DNA of 64,000 nucleotides from Octopus vulgaris (GCA_951406725.2 OX597815.1:179490001-179554000); one strand, 5' to 3'. Positions 40,524 to 54,057 are shown, numbered from the stretch's first letter. Made by a program: numbers and translations. Notes: generated from the sequence alone by a model not told the origin.

Positions 40524-40757
40524 TTAGAGACAAAACCACTATTTTGCAAAACAAACAAGGAAAGACTTAATCAATACATAAAATTTTAATAAAATTTATT
40601 AAAATTTTATGTATTGATTAAGTCTTTCCTTGTTTGTTTTGCAAAATAGTGGTTTTGTCTCTAATAATATTTTATAATATTTTACTATAAAATTGGATTT
40701 AATCTTAAATCTGATTTTTTCCCTGTAAATTTGGATTTATTCCCTAATATTTATTAT
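40515..40757 (+). mobile_element. Family H1 fold-back, shorter copy (palindrome centred at 40594, truncated before the hammerhead) with the same tail
   Basis: Arms of about 79 bp with a 1-nt loop; tail nearly identical to 1330-1413; inside (TA)n. Confidence 0.85.
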
Positions 40758-40795
40758 TTATATATATATATATATATATATAATATATTTATATG

Positions 40796-40826
<31 letters not shown>

Positions 40827-40862
40827 ATATATATATATGTATATATATACATATATATATAC

Positions 40863-40894
<32 letters not shown>

Positions 40895-40978
40895 TTATAT
40901 GTATGTATAAATATATATATATATATATATGTATGTATATATATATATATATATGTATATATATACATATATATATAC

Positions 40979-41096
<118 letters not shown>

Positions 41097-41118
41097 CAAA
41101 ACCTCAGAAACAATGTGC

Positions 41119-41285
41119 AACTGTTTAACATTCTTCCGAACTACCCCAGAAGTTTGCGAGTTATAGACGTAGAAATCTTCAAAATGGATCTTGAAAACTT
41201 TCTGTCTAAAATATCAGATGGACCCGCATTAGGACAGAAAACATAAAGAAGAGCGACTCTATCCAACTCACTTCTTTACCAAAAA
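41119..41285 (+). mobile_element. CR1/L2-group LINE ORF2 C-terminal fragment
   Basis: [54 protein letters not shown] fits LFN.LP...R......FK..LD.FL..IPD.P.....SNSL. Confidence 0.7.
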
Positions 41286-41614
41286 CAGTACAGAAAGGAG
41301 ACCCAAACACAGTCAAAGCCTGGTTTCAGCCTTTGGCTCAAAACAGTAAGGGACGAAGGATAATAAACTCACACCCACACACATATATATATATGAGAAA
41401 AAATAGGTTCAAGTTGAACGATTCGAACTTTTTGAAGAGTCCAAAATAATCTCTAATAAGAATTCATCATATTCTGAATTATCCTGCTAGAATAAGCAGT
41501 AAGAATATGAAAATAACAAATTGAAAAGGTTCATCATAGGTATAAAGATACCATAATCAATTATAAAAATGGAGAAAAGGTGTTAACAAATAAAAAATGG
41601 ATTTAATAGGAACA

Positions 41615-41710
41615 TACGAACGTTTCAAAGGGCAATACAAATATGTAAGAAACAAATATATTAAGAAATAATTAAAATCAAAGTTATATATTGTCATTCT
41701 CGTCAGTGTG
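41615..41710 (-). ncRNA. Hammerhead-like motif with extended stem II
   Basis: CACA-CTGACGA-GAATGACAATA..AT-rich loop..TATTGCCCTTT-GAAAC-GTT-CGTA. Confidence 0.5.
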
Positions 41711-41936
41711 GAAAATTTAACGATAAAACACCAGAAAAGTTATTAATAAAAATCAAGAAGGAAAAACAAATAGGGTAATAGGGAAAAATTTAACCGGATG
41801 TTTACAAATAATTTGTAAAAGGGAAACATTAAGAGAGACGAAAAAGAAGGGCATGCCAATGTGTATGCAATTCTATTTATGCAAAAAAATCTATAAATTA
41901 ATTCGGCTAACAGATATATTTAAAAAAAACTAAATA

Positions 41937-42331
41937 GGCGTAGGAGTGGTTGTGTGGAAAGTAGCTTGCTAACCAGCCACATGGTCCCGGGTTCAGTCCC
42001 ACTGCGTGGCATCTTGGGCAAGTGTCTTCTACTATAGCCTCGGGCCGACCAAAGCCTTGTGAGTGGATTTGGTAGACGGAAACTGAAAGAAGCCCGTCGT
42101 ATATATGTATACATATGTATGTGCATGTATGTTTGTGTGTCTGTGTTTGTCCCCCTAGCATTGCTTGACAACCGATGTTGGTGTGTTTATGTCCCCGTAA
42201 CTTAGCGGTTCGGCAAAAAAGACCGATAGAATAAGTACTGGGCTTACAAAGAATAAGTCCCGGGGTCGAGTTGCTCGATTAAAGGCGGTGCTCCAGCATA
42301 GCCGCAATCAAAATGACTGAAACAAGTAAAA
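41937..42331 (+). mobile_element. SINE family B, full length, well conserved
   Basis: Complete head, central microsatellite and tail. Confidence 0.9.
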
Positions 42332-42419
42332 AGAGAAAGAGAGGAAAAGACCGAATCAAAATAGAGTGTAAACAAAAAATCAAACACACGTGGCTTGCAT
42401 ATACGAACATCACGTTCTC

Positions 42420-42513
42420 CACACTGACGAGAATGACAATACATAACTTTAATTATAATAATAATAATAATTTTTTTTCTTATATATTTGTATTATCCTT
42501 TGAAAGGTTTGTG
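42420..42513 (+). ncRNA. Hammerhead-like motif with extended stem II (inverted partner)
   Basis: CACA-CTGACGA-GAATGACAATAC..GTATTATCCTTT-GAAAG-GTT-TGTG; stem I CACA/TGTG is intact. Confidence 0.5.
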
Positions 42514-42647
42514 TGTGCTCATTAAATCTATTTTTGATTTTTAACATCTTTTCTCCATTTTTATAATTGTTTATGGTACCTTTATAGCTATGACGAACTT
42601 TTTCACTTTATATATATATATATATATATATACATACATATACACAC

Positions 42648-42683
<36 letters not shown>

Positions 42684-43079
42684 AGGTATGTATATGTATG
42701 TATCTTTGTGTGTAGATGTATAATATATGCATACCAAAACATTAATATATGCACATAGGTGTATCTAGAAAACAGAAATAAAAAAGTAACAGTGAAAGTG
42801 TCTTTAAACTTAATACAATCAAATCCTTCCTGAAGAGATCTCATTTATATCACTCTCCCAGACACTTTCGTCCGTATTTTTCTTTTTTGTTTTGGTATCC
42901 TACCCTCGCTTTAAACTTAATATAATCTAATCCTTCCTCCACAGATCTCGTCCTACTTAAGTCCCTCTCCCTTTACTTTCCCTTGCTATAAGAAAATTCT
43001 TCTTTTTTTCTTTCTTTCTTGCCTACACTTTATATGTTTATATTTATAAATATTTACTATTTTTGTAATGGATATTTAA

Positions 43080-43700
43080 TAGTAAGGGCAATTGTAGCAA
43101 TAGCTCATTCCGTAAATGAAGCGGGCAAATAACAACATGGCCGCTCCAACTCGAGATCTTTAGAGAGGCACCATTTTCTGTATGTATGCACCTGATGTGA
43201 ATCACACTGAAAAATTGATGCAACACAGCATGAAGCACAACATCCTACCCGTAAGGGAGAGTAGCGGGATGGGTCGCAACGATTGTCGTATAAAAATGAA
43301 GGCGAATACCAAATCCATCGGTCTCGTTAATCGATTATTATATGTATGTATAGATACTTATATACATATGAATATATATATGGGAGTGTTTATGAGTGTG
43401 TCTGTCTATGTGCTTGTACACGCAGAAGTGTAAACTGTAAATAGTATGAAAGCAACTCGAATCCCAAAATTATTACATTCCACCATTGATTACGCTTCGT
43501 ATTTGCATTCACAAATTATGCAGCATCAACAGTCGGTAGTGTTGTCTGACCGCACAACACCACCAATTATCCTGGTGCCAGTTGACTGTGCTTGGACACC
43601 GTATTGCAGGATGTCTACATACTTATTCGTAGTTAAGAACCCGACCAATAATAATTGCACAAACGGCAAATCGCAAATTTCTTCTTTTCCCAGGACAACT
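43080..43700 (-). pseudogene. Possible decayed EGF-repeat (MEGF-like) coding remnant
   Basis: Frame-shifted pieces KEEICD, CNYYWSGS, FWDSSCF, RCIHTENG..SWSG and IYGMSYCYNCP. Confidence 0.28.
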
Positions 43701-44569
43701 AAAACGTTAGCTTTGTACTAACATAATAACACGTAAAAAAAAACTCATGAGGACATATAGACAGCCTCTTTAAAAACCAGATATGGACAATTATATACAC
43801 ACACATATATGTATGTCAATGCATATATATGTAAATATATACACATTAGATATATAATTGTATTATAAGCATATATATTTGTATATGTCTGCATATACAC
43901 ATGTTTATACAGATGTGTGCATATATATATCTGTGCATATGTGGGGCTTTTTAGAGTACAGGTATGTTCTTTAGAGCTTCATATATGTGATTATATTATT
44001 AAAAGAACAACTTCAGTCGACATGAGAAAATATGTAGTTTGCACTTTGTGGTGAAGTTATTCCTTCTTTTTTTTATTTTTAGCTTTCTGTGTATTTTGGC
44101 AAGTGAGCAGCGTGAGAGATTTTGGTCGTGCAAAGTCATGTGCAGTCGTGAATTGCCATTGATGATAGGTGTGAAAACGGAACGAATTGATCACAGCTAT
44201 TGTCAAAGGCGTTCCAGCCACCAACGTAGCCGTCGTCTATTCTGTGGGATTCTTTTGAGAACAAAATTCATCCGCAATTCTCATTCTGGTAAAATACCAT
44301 CAATAAAAAGATAAAAATGTTGCCAGAAAGTAATAATCGTTGAATAAGTATTGGAGATAAGTAATTTGATAATATTCAGTTATCAAATAACTGGTTTTCA
44401 ATGATAAATGATGGTATGGAGCCATGTGTGTAGTTGAGTGTTGATACTTCCAAATGTGCCGGTTACCATTGGCACCACGTCTATTCTCCTCATTCACCTC
44501 AACTTTTGTCAAATCGTCATAGATGTTCATTTTTTCTTCTTTCCTTTTGATCCTATAATTATTAAGACA

Positions 44570-45004
44570 GTGAGCTCGCAGAATCGTTAGCAGAGCGGGA
44601 AAATGCTTAGCGGCATTTTGTCCGCCTTTACGCTCTGAGTTCATATTTCACCAAGGTCAACTTTGCCAATCATCCTTTCGGGGGTCGATGACATAACTAT
44701 CAGTTGCGTACTAGGGTCGTTGTAATCGACTAGTCCTCCTCCCCACCAAATTTCAGGCCATGTACGCACAGCAGAAAAGATTACTTTTATCATTTTTTAC
44801 TTGTTTCACTCTTTTGACTGCGACCATGCTAGAGCACAACCTTTATTCGAAAGAATCGTCCCCAGGACTTATTCTTTGTAACCCTAGAACTTATTCTATC
44901 GGTCTCTTTTGCCAAACGTCTAAGTTACAGGGACGTAAACACACCAACATCGGTTGTCAAGAGATGGTGAGGAACAAACAGACACAAATAACAAATACAT
45001 ACCT

Positions 45005-45048
<44 letters not shown>

Positions 45049-45190
45049 GGCTTCTTTCAGTTTCCGTGTATCAAATCCATTCACAAGGCTTTGGTCGGCC
45101 CAAGGCTATAGTAGAAGATATCAGCCCAAAATGCCACGCAGTGGGACTGAACCCGAAACCATGTGGTCAGGAAGCAAGCGTCAGCCACGC

Positions 45191-45191
<1 letters not shown>
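44570..45191. mobile_element. SINE A (44570-44780, +) tail-to-tail with SINE B (44795-45191, -)
   Basis: Both match other copies in the window. Confidence 0.8.
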
Positions 45192-45223
<32 letters not shown>

Positions 45224-46570
45224 AGTGCAACTACTCGAAAATTAACGGACATCTTTACTGAAATAGGAACAAATGACAAGATTCTGGGAAAAAGATGAAA
45301 ATTAAGTGTATTGTTTAAGTTAATTAGAGATAATTTTAGTCACCATGAATGAAGTAATTTGATTCAGAAACGATATGAAAACGGAATCGCAGAAATAGAA
45401 TGCAGATTGACCAATAAGAAAGTTTAGAAGAAAATACAGAAGCAAAACGATTTCTGAAAAGCTGGAAGATGCAAACAAATAGAAAGAAATCATAAAGCGG
45501 AAGAGAGAACTGAAAAAAAAGCTCAGTTAAATATGAAGTTATTGAAGATACTTAAGAAAGGAAATGTATGCAAATAGGAGAGGAAAATACTGCGGAGAAG
45601 TTTAATGAAAGTGAGGACAGTAGTGAAAGAAATTGCAAAACTATTAAGAAAAGAAATTCCTGAAATAAACAGCCAGAGCCAGAGAGCAGTTCAGAATTTG
45701 AATAAGAAATATGGAGGAAATAATATAAAAGTCGAAGAGGTAAAGAAGTGAAGGGTGCGATTATGTCACTAATCTATCCGTAAAATTGTTAATAGCCCAG
45801 TAAATCGACTGAATCAACTGTCCTACCACTACCGTGTAATGGAATCACCAAAATTACCGTAAAACAGCAGTACAATTTGTTTCATTTGCCTTCGTTAGCC
45901 ATACAAACAAAAAATATGTTATATAATTTATCTCGTCAAATGAAACCAGTAGAAAAAATGATTGGGAAACAGGCTGGGTTGCAAGAAATGAGAAACAACG
46001 TTTAGCAAATTTGTGAAAATATTTTAGCAGAAGAAAGTAATAACAAACCAGTCGGGCCTTTGCCTCAACTTCATTGATGCAAGATAAAGAATTTGAGTGT
46101 CTGTGAATAAAGGAGGTATATGACATAATGGCAGCCAAGCAATGTTATTACGACGCTATATTAATATGCAAAATGACGTGCTTAGGTCAAAAACACAGCA
46201 AATAATTGCTAAAAACATTTGGCCTCAGACAAGTCGAGTTCCTTCGTGAATCCATTTCAGTGTGTTTTGTAGAATAAATAATGAGAGAAGCACTTTAATT
46301 ATTTGAAGGCTAATTTAGTAATTTCTCGTTTGCAAGTTATATTGATTTCGTATGACTCGTTGTTTTGTTTCCGTGGTTTTGTTCGTGGTGCCAAAGAGGA
46401 GTGAGTAAATGAGAATTTATAAACGGACAATGATACTTTGATTTATATAAGGCACTGATCGCCAAATTTTCTCGTTTACCTGAGTAACAATTTGTTGTTA
46501 CTCAGGTAAATGCGAACTATAAAATAAATGAGACTTTTGGTCAAGGACAGTTTCGTTCATGATTCATACT

Positions 46571-46802
46571 TATTTCTTTACTACCCACAAGGGGCTAAAC
46601 ACAGAGAGGACAAACAAGGACAGACAAGCGGATTAACTCGATTATATCGACCCCAGTGCGTAACTGGTACTTAATTTATCGATCCCGAAATGATGAAAAG
46701 CAAAGTCGACCTCGGCGGAATTTGAACTCAGAACGTAACGGCAGACGAAATACGACTACGCATTTCGCCCGGCGTGCTAACGTTTCTGCCTGCTCGCCGC
46801 CT
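46571..46802 (-). mobile_element. SINE family A monomer
   Basis: Complete reverse complement of the family A unit. Confidence 0.9.
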
Positions 46803-46857
46803 TTCAAAGTTCATACCACACCTGTCACTTAGTCATATGTGACTCAATGCGAACGAT

Positions 46858-47078
46858 TGTATGAGTGGTACAGATAAAGTGACCAACCGTTTCTATATAT
46901 CAGTGTTTCTTAACCCTTTTCCACCTATGGATCACCTTTGATTCCCACTTTACTTGTTATCACACAGTCACACCTGAAAGATTTCAGAAAATGTTTTAAT
47001 CGTAGAAAATGTTAATGTATAAAATGTTGGAGACACTTTTCTTTTGACAGTGTCACTTTATCTGTACCACGCAGTGTA
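46858..47078. mobile_element. Tc1/mariner-like MITE
   Basis: GTGGTACAGATAAAGTGAC (46865-46883) pairs with GTCACTTTATCTGTACCAC (47052-47070); the right end is GCAGTG-TA. Confidence 0.6.
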
Positions 47079-47268
47079 GTTTTTGACAGATCTCCAAACA
47101 ATTGTTCATGAGAAAATTGATAAGTTCTGAATAACCGAACTGTTTTATGCAACGACTGACATTAAGATTTATTGGCCGTCATTGAGATAGCTATTTGATT
47201 TAGATACCGTAATTGCATAAGGGTGAATGACAGAGTGTTGTCAGAAAGTCTCAGCTTAATTCTCGTAG

Positions 47269-47506
47269 AAATACCATGTTTTGCAAAATATTACTCACAG
47301 CAACAAAGTTGTTATAAACCGTTGGCTCATTCAAAAATGTTATTCGAAGTATTGTTATATTGCAAAGCCCATTGGCTCTATTTTAATGACAACAAAGTTA
47401 TGGATGAAATTCCACTAAGATACAACTATTTAGGAAATACACTGGACAATTGCCCGGCGATAGTTAATACTCATCGCCATCAAAAATGTTTAAGTATTGA
47501 GCAACG
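47269..47506 (+). pseudogene. C-type lectin-like exon (open frame, AG..GT bounded), probably part of a decayed gene
   Basis: TTCTCGTAG|..|GTAAG; EIPCFAKYYSQQQSCYKPLAHSKMLFEVLLYCKAHW fits the CTL N-terminal pattern C.....SCYK......EA...C. Confidence 0.45.
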
Positions 47507-47994
47507 GTAAGACGGTATTATCCTCCCCACCTCGCAGCCACGTACCTTTCTTTTCTTCATGCACAGTCCTTTCGGATTGTGTAATTTAATTTCATTACTT
47601 AGACTTCGAGAAATTCATGCGAGGATCTTCATTAGTGTTCACCGATTGCTGTTGCTTGGGTTTTTTTCTTTGTTTTTTAGCTTTTCCCCTACAAATTGTT
47701 TATTAGTTTTTCCCCATGCAATAATTTTTGCCACTCTTTTTATGATTTCCCAATAGACTCACCTTTATTTTTGTTTCATTTTTCTGTCACCGTTGTTGTT
47801 TTTGTCAATAAGGTCTTCGTTCCTGTCTCGCTAAATTTTTTCTGTCGAATGTTCTTCCCTGATTTCTATCCGTATTATATATTTCTATCCATATTATATA
47901 GATATAGAAAGACTAATAATGACTAATTATATTATTTGTGAACTGAATTGTCTGCTACGTCTGCTGTGATCTAGATATATCTACTGACATAAAA

Positions 47995-48185
47995 ACAGTT
48001 TCTTGCGAAGTAGTAAAAAACAATTGAAACAAGTTGTCTTCGTCTATATAACCTGTCGGCAATGGTGTTATTGGTGCAAGTTCTGGCCAGTCGGATACAA
48101 AAACTGCTTCACAACAACATGTAGAGTGGTAGAGGTGGGTTAGAGATCAGTTGTAGACAATCTTTGTTACCCAGCCATTATCGTA
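47995..48185 (+). pseudogene. Decayed fucolectin(FTP)-like exon
   Basis: LAK**KTIETS..NLS/GNGVIG..KNCFTTT..GLEISCRQ follows the FTP order NLA..K...SS..S..GVDG..CF.T..W.EV. Confidence 0.33.
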
Positions 48186-48728
48186 TCAGCGAATAATAAA
48201 ACATATAACCACATGAGCATGAGGGGCAGGTGATAAATTTGTTGAGGTCAATATGTAACTTTTACACACTTTGCCTATATTTACTTGAAACATGAACTAG
48301 ACAGGGCTAGAAGCGCCGTGTCCTCATCTGTAGATGTCCTTCAGCAGTTTCCTATTATCCACAAGTTTGTAACGGAATAATAAGCAGATGTTTGTCACAC
48401 CACACCGTTTATTTGATTTTAGATACCTTTTGCTGTCCTTACACACACACGCACGCACACACACGCACACACACGTACATGCACACCCACACACACACAC
48501 GCACACGCACACGTACATGCACACCCACACACCTACACACATACATGCAGATGTACAAACATGAATACATAAATATATTTGCAAGCAACATACAGATACA
48601 GATACAAATACTACCAGTTGAACGCTCCATATACCGGATACCAGTAAGCTTATGGGGTCATCAGGAGGGAATGCGCGCCGTTTTGGGGCCTTCCTCTCGA
48701 TGGCGTTATTGTGCACCGAGCTGGCTTA

Positions 48729-48960
48729 AGGCGGCGAGCTGGCAGAAACGTTAGCGCGCCGGGCGAAATGCTTAGCGGTACTTCGTCTGCCGTTACGTTC
48801 TGAGTTCAAATTCTGCCGAGGTCGACTTTGCCTTTCATCCTATCGGTGTCGATAAATTAAGTACCAGTTACGCACTGGAGTCGATGTAATCGACTTAATA
48901 CCTATGTCTGTCCTTGTTTGTCCCCTCTATGTTTAGCCCCTTGTGGGTAATAAAGAAATA
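48729..48960 (+). mobile_element. SINE family A monomer with 17-bp TSD
   Basis: GGCGTTATTGTGCACCG (48702-48718) and GGCATTATTGTGCACCG (48961-48977). Confidence 0.9.
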
Positions 48961-49454
48961 GGCATTATTGTGCACCGGCGCAACTCACTGACAGCACGCC
49001 CCGCTTGCAATATCATCTGGTTACTAGACATTCTTCAATATTCTTCTAGCCATTGCTCATCGTCTTATTTCAACCAAATCCAATGGGTTCTCTTTCTCCC
49101 TGCAGCCTATATATCGCTCACCATGCTATTTGCTTTACGTTGAGTTAGGCTTAGCGACAGCAACCATTACTTTATACTGCTTTTTCCAATGATTTCTCTA
49201 CATACAACTTCGAATGGATGGTCATACACCGACCGAGTTTCGCATGTATATTCAATATAAGGAATTACCCTGCTGTATGATGGCATATGGCAGCCGATAA
49301 CCGTTTAGGAGCTTTAAAATGCACGGTATGAGGCGATTACCCGGATAATATTGAGTACACACACATGCACACACACACACAGACACACACATACACACAC
49401 GCACACATGTATGTATATATATGCACATATACACAAAGATATATATATGTTTGT

Positions 49455-49488
<34 letters not shown>

Positions 49489-50587
49489 ATGAAGGAGAGA
49501 GATGAAGAGAGAGAGAGACTTAGTAAGGTGAAGAGAGCGTGTCCGTAGAGCGTGCCCTTACTGCTCAAAATTATAGATTTCGAGTACGCGGACGAAGCGC
49601 AACCTTCCCGATGTAAGTAAAGAAATTGATAGAAAACAATGACCAAATTTCAATATCTGTAGGTCAATATGATAGGAAGATAGACAGAGAGAAAAGAAAA
49701 CAGTGGTGGGTTTTGAAAGCTAGCTACAGAGTGAACGTTAGTCTCAGCAGTTTCAGGTTATCATAGCAAGAAAACGAAAACACTTGATGATTCGAACTAG
49801 TGTTCCAATCTATAAGTTCTCTCAAGTGACATCTATTTTCTTAACATGAACTTTGAGAGTTTACATTGTCAAATTCTTGATGCTATTGTTTAGCACAAGG
49901 TTCTCTCTAATCGAGTTGACCAAAGCTGTTCAAGATGTGGCCATTCCGTATTGTCTCCAGTATCAGGAATTATATTATCCAATGTATTCTTTATTTAAGA
50001 TGATAATTTGGCAATCAGGAGATGTGGGCTACCCTACCTGTCCCCGTTTTCTTTTGATTACGTTGAAGCGTCTCGTATTTATATCACATGTGCAATTTTT
50101 ATACAAGTGTAGCTTGCATTAAAAGTTATAAACCGGTTTAATAGATAGAGAATTATATTCTCTGATTACACATGTAATCCATTTAAATTTCAAATTGAAA
50201 TACGTTTAATATTACATCGATTTTTAATTTCAAGAGTAATGCATAAGTATTATTCTAAAATATTTTCATTTCATATTTCTCTTTATTTTGCAACGTAACA
50301 GAAATAATCGCATACAAAATTATAGTTTATTGGTTACGTGTGGAATGTAATTAGACAGAAGTAAAAAGCGTAGAGACACACACTCTTATTATTATATTAT
50401 CGAAGACACTTCCTCATTAAATTATATTTTTCTGTCAGTTATTATCTATCATGATTTCTGAAGCGGTATGTCAAAAGCTGTGGCTGCTTGCGTTGTGGAC
50501 CGTAATAACATCGATTACAAATAATTTTTGGTGTAAAAGAGAGTTTGGTATGGCAAACATTACGATCCTCGTAAACGAGCTTAAAGA

Positions 50588-50620
<33 letters not shown>

Positions 50621-50714
50621 TGTATGTATGTATGTGTGCATGCATGCATGTATGTATTTATGTATGTATATGTATGTATGTATGTATGAATATATATATA
50701 CATATATATATATA

Positions 50715-50747
<33 letters not shown>

Positions 50748-50795
50748 ACAACAACAACAACAACAACAACAATAATAATAATAATAATAATCAAT

Positions 50796-51055
50796 GCGCC
50801 CTTTTTAAAGCCTATCCAGGCTCATGGGCCCGGATTCCCGGTTTCTATGGCGTATGTGTTCCCCAGCTGGATGGTGGGGGGGGGGGGACAATCCATCGCA
50901 GCGTTACTCATTTTTTTGCCAGCTGAGTGGACTGGAGTAACGTGAAATGAAGTGTTTTGCTCAAGAACATAACGCGTGGCCCGGTCCAGGAATCGAAACC
51001 ACAATCTTACGATCATAGTGCTGACACCCTAACCACTAAGTCACGCGCCTCCACA
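50796..51055 (-). mobile_element. tRNA-derived SINE family C, full length
   Basis: Minus head TGTGGAGGCGCGTGACTTAGTGGTTAGGG..GGTTTCGATTCCTGG; the tail runs into (ATT)n. Confidence 0.85.
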
Positions 51056-52730
51056 CCCACGTACACATATATATACGAGTGAGTGCGTATGTGGGTGTGA
51101 AAAGGAAAATGAACTCAAAGAACTAATATAGAGAGACCTGTGGAATGTAGTTATACAAGAAAGACTAATAATGGTATATCAAATAACATAAAAAATATAT
51201 AAAATTATTTTTTTATTAATGAAAATATTCAATACCAAAGGGTTCGGCCAGTCTCTGGGTGGCAAATGAAACTCCAATTTAGAAGGGTAGATAATCGTAA
51301 GATTTAAAATCAAAAATTGACATGTCATAAAGGAAACGATTGTCTGATACGCGAACAACTTTTTTACGTGTTTGCACCCCAGCAGACGTCATTAGCACAT
51401 CTATAACCTATCTTATCTTTAACAGGCGAGAAATTTAAACATATCAAAAACAATTGGGACACAATCAGGGTGTTAGTAATTTGCCTAAATGACACAAAAG
51501 TTAACTAAGACAAATAGCTCGGAGTGGCGAGTGGTACAAATACATATGTAGACGAAGTATAGTCCTATAGTTTAGAATTTCGCTTCGTTACTACAAAATC
51601 TTGGATTGAATCCAAGTAGGCGCTTCTTGGGCAAATATCACTTTCCTTAGCCGTGGATCGGCCCATGCATAGTGTGTGAATTTTATTGATAGTAACTGTA
51701 TAGGACTGCAACTGGTGTATTGTGTTATCTTTACTAACAAATTAAATTTGTTTACTCATTCTTTTTGCTGTGCATGATGTTAATTTAAGTAGATTAAATG
51801 GATTTTATTTCCCTGGATTCGCTTTTCTTATTGAAACAAGTATTGAAACTTTTGACGGTATCTGATCAATACAGGGCTGAGTGTATAAGATTTTTTTTTA
51901 TGGAAGAGTATACATATCTCTAATTCCAGTAGGATTCTTTATCAGAGAATCACTGGGTATCAAGTTATACATTTTACTGTGTTTTAGTTTCTCAAATTTT
52001 TATGTTGTTGAAATTTGTATACATAAGTATTATCCCCATGAATTTCACATCCTCGTGACTATATAAATAAGAGAAAACAACAGCAAAAAAGAAAAATAGT
52101 GTAAAGTTAGCAAAGATGTTATATCCAAAAGTTTAGAATGATACAAAAACAATTTATAGGAATAATAACTTCCTTCGTAAACATTCTATAGACTCTGTGT
52201 AATAACTACTTTATATTAATCTTGAAAATACTCGTGACTGAAATAAATAGATGTCGCGCTTTTGAATACCAAACTTTTAATTTATTGTCGAAAAAATATT
52301 TAATGTAAAAGAAATAAAATGGAAAAAAAACTGATGTTTATAAATAAATTTATAAGTGTTCTTTTGAGACGCAAATTTCTTTTATAATATAATTAATATT
52401 TAATGTTTTCCTTCCATAATATTACATATCGATTATATTGATCCATAATCCTACATTCAGTTTATAGCAGTAGAATATTTATTTTATTCATATCGAAATT
52501 TGCGCCTCCAATCCATCTAACAGGAATATTTTCTGAGGAAGAAATAGAGAAAAAAAAATGTCTCTGCAACAAGGTAACAAAATACACGAATATTTTATAT
52601 GGAAAGTAAAAGCAGATGGATGTAGCCAATGCAATATTCAGCATTTCGAGCTTATTTTGTCAGGAAACATTAAGATTCTAAAGGCTGCAGAAAATTTCGC
52701 ATCGCTTCTAACCATGTGATGAAGATGATG

Positions 52731-52890
<160 letters not shown>

Positions 52891-52907
52891 CAACAACAAT
52901 AATAACA

Positions 52908-53137
52908 ATAGGTATGATAAGAAATATTGGGACAAATACATAACAAAAACACTAGGAGTAACAAATATATATAACATACAGAAAATTGCACTACTAGGCA
53001 CTGCACACATTCTACGCAAAACACTTTCAATACAATAAAAATAAGAGCATCACAACAAACCACAGCACATACCCAAGGCACACAGAGCTGCGCTCGGTAG
53101 TGAAGTGAAAGCACGTTATAAAAATAAAACTACTGAA
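52908..53137 (+). mobile_element. R4/Dong-like LINE 3' end inserted in (TAA)n
   Basis: GMI..DKYITKTLGVTNIYNIQKIALLGTAHILRKTLSIQ* plus a 3' UTR; (TAA)n on both sides. Confidence 0.85.
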
Positions 53138-53147
53138 TAATAATAGC

Positions 53148-53210
<63 letters not shown>

Positions 53211-53262
53211 CCTTTTTACTATATGCACAAAGCCTGAAATTTGGGGGAGGGAGACGGTTACG

Positions 53263-54035
53263 ATACCAATGATTGCAGGAGCACTTGGAATGATCAAAAA
53301 AGGAACTGAAAGTTATTTAAGAATGATCCCGGCTCACCATCCATGCAGGAAGCACAAAAGATTGTCTTAACCGTCACGTCAGACGCATCAAGAAAAGCGT
53401 TGCCACTGTGGATTTTCTTTCCTTCTTTTCTTTTTTATTTTCTTTCCTCGTTTCAGTCATTTTATTGCGGTCATGCATGTGCCCCGTCTTAAAAGGGCTT
53501 TAATTGAAGAAATCAAGGTGGCGAGCTGGCAGAACCGTTAGCACGCCGGGCGAATTGCATAGCCGTATTTCGTCTGCCATTACGTTCTGAGTTCAAATTC
53601 CGCCGAGGTCGACTTTGCCTTTCATCCTTTCGGGGTCGATAAATTAAGTACCAGTTACGCACTGGAGTCGATGTAATCGACTTAATCCGTTTGTCTGTCC
53701 TTGTTTGCCCCCTCTGTGGGTAGTAAATAAATATTTAATTGAAGAAATCGACCCGAGGACGTATTCTTTGTAAGCTTACTACTTATTCCAGCATCGGTTG
53801 TCAAGTGAGGATGGTGGGTTGGTAGGTGGTGGGGGGGGGGGGGACAAACCCTGTTTTTTATTTTTATTTTTTGTTTTTTTCTCTCTGTCTTTCTTCCTCT
53901 CTTTCTTTATCACATGACTTTGTAAATGAACAATGCGGTGCGTTTATTTTAATAGCCTGCTGATATATACAATTAGTTTCTCTGCCTTAGGTGTCGGGAA
54001 GACACTCGGCAAGAAATGGATACAGAACTGAAAGA
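53263..54035 (+). mobile_element. Second R4/Dong-like family 3' end, with a SINE B fragment and a SINE A nested in its 3' UTR
   Basis: IPMIAGALGMIKKGTESYLRMIP/GSPSMQEAQKIVLT..RKAL; ends near (AAT)n at about 54058. Confidence 0.7.
53515..53733 (+). mobile_element. SINE family A with 16-bp TSD, nested in a minus-strand SINE B remnant
   Basis: TTTAATTGAAGAAATC at 53499-53514 and 53734-53749. Confidence 0.9.
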
Positions 54036-54057
54036 CGTTGATGATGATGGTGATAAC

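Larger units (their letters stand above)
41392..42606 (-). mobile_element. Older Penelope-like fold-back (family H6): arms ~41521-41715 / ~42415-42606 with a SINE B in the spacer
   Basis: Diverged inverted arms, each with a hammerhead core around a long stem II; one-sided extension to about 41392. Confidence 0.65.

Noticed and set aside
45290-45760. Purine/A-rich stretch resembling decayed LINE coding sequence
   Set aside because: No diagnostic motif in any frame.
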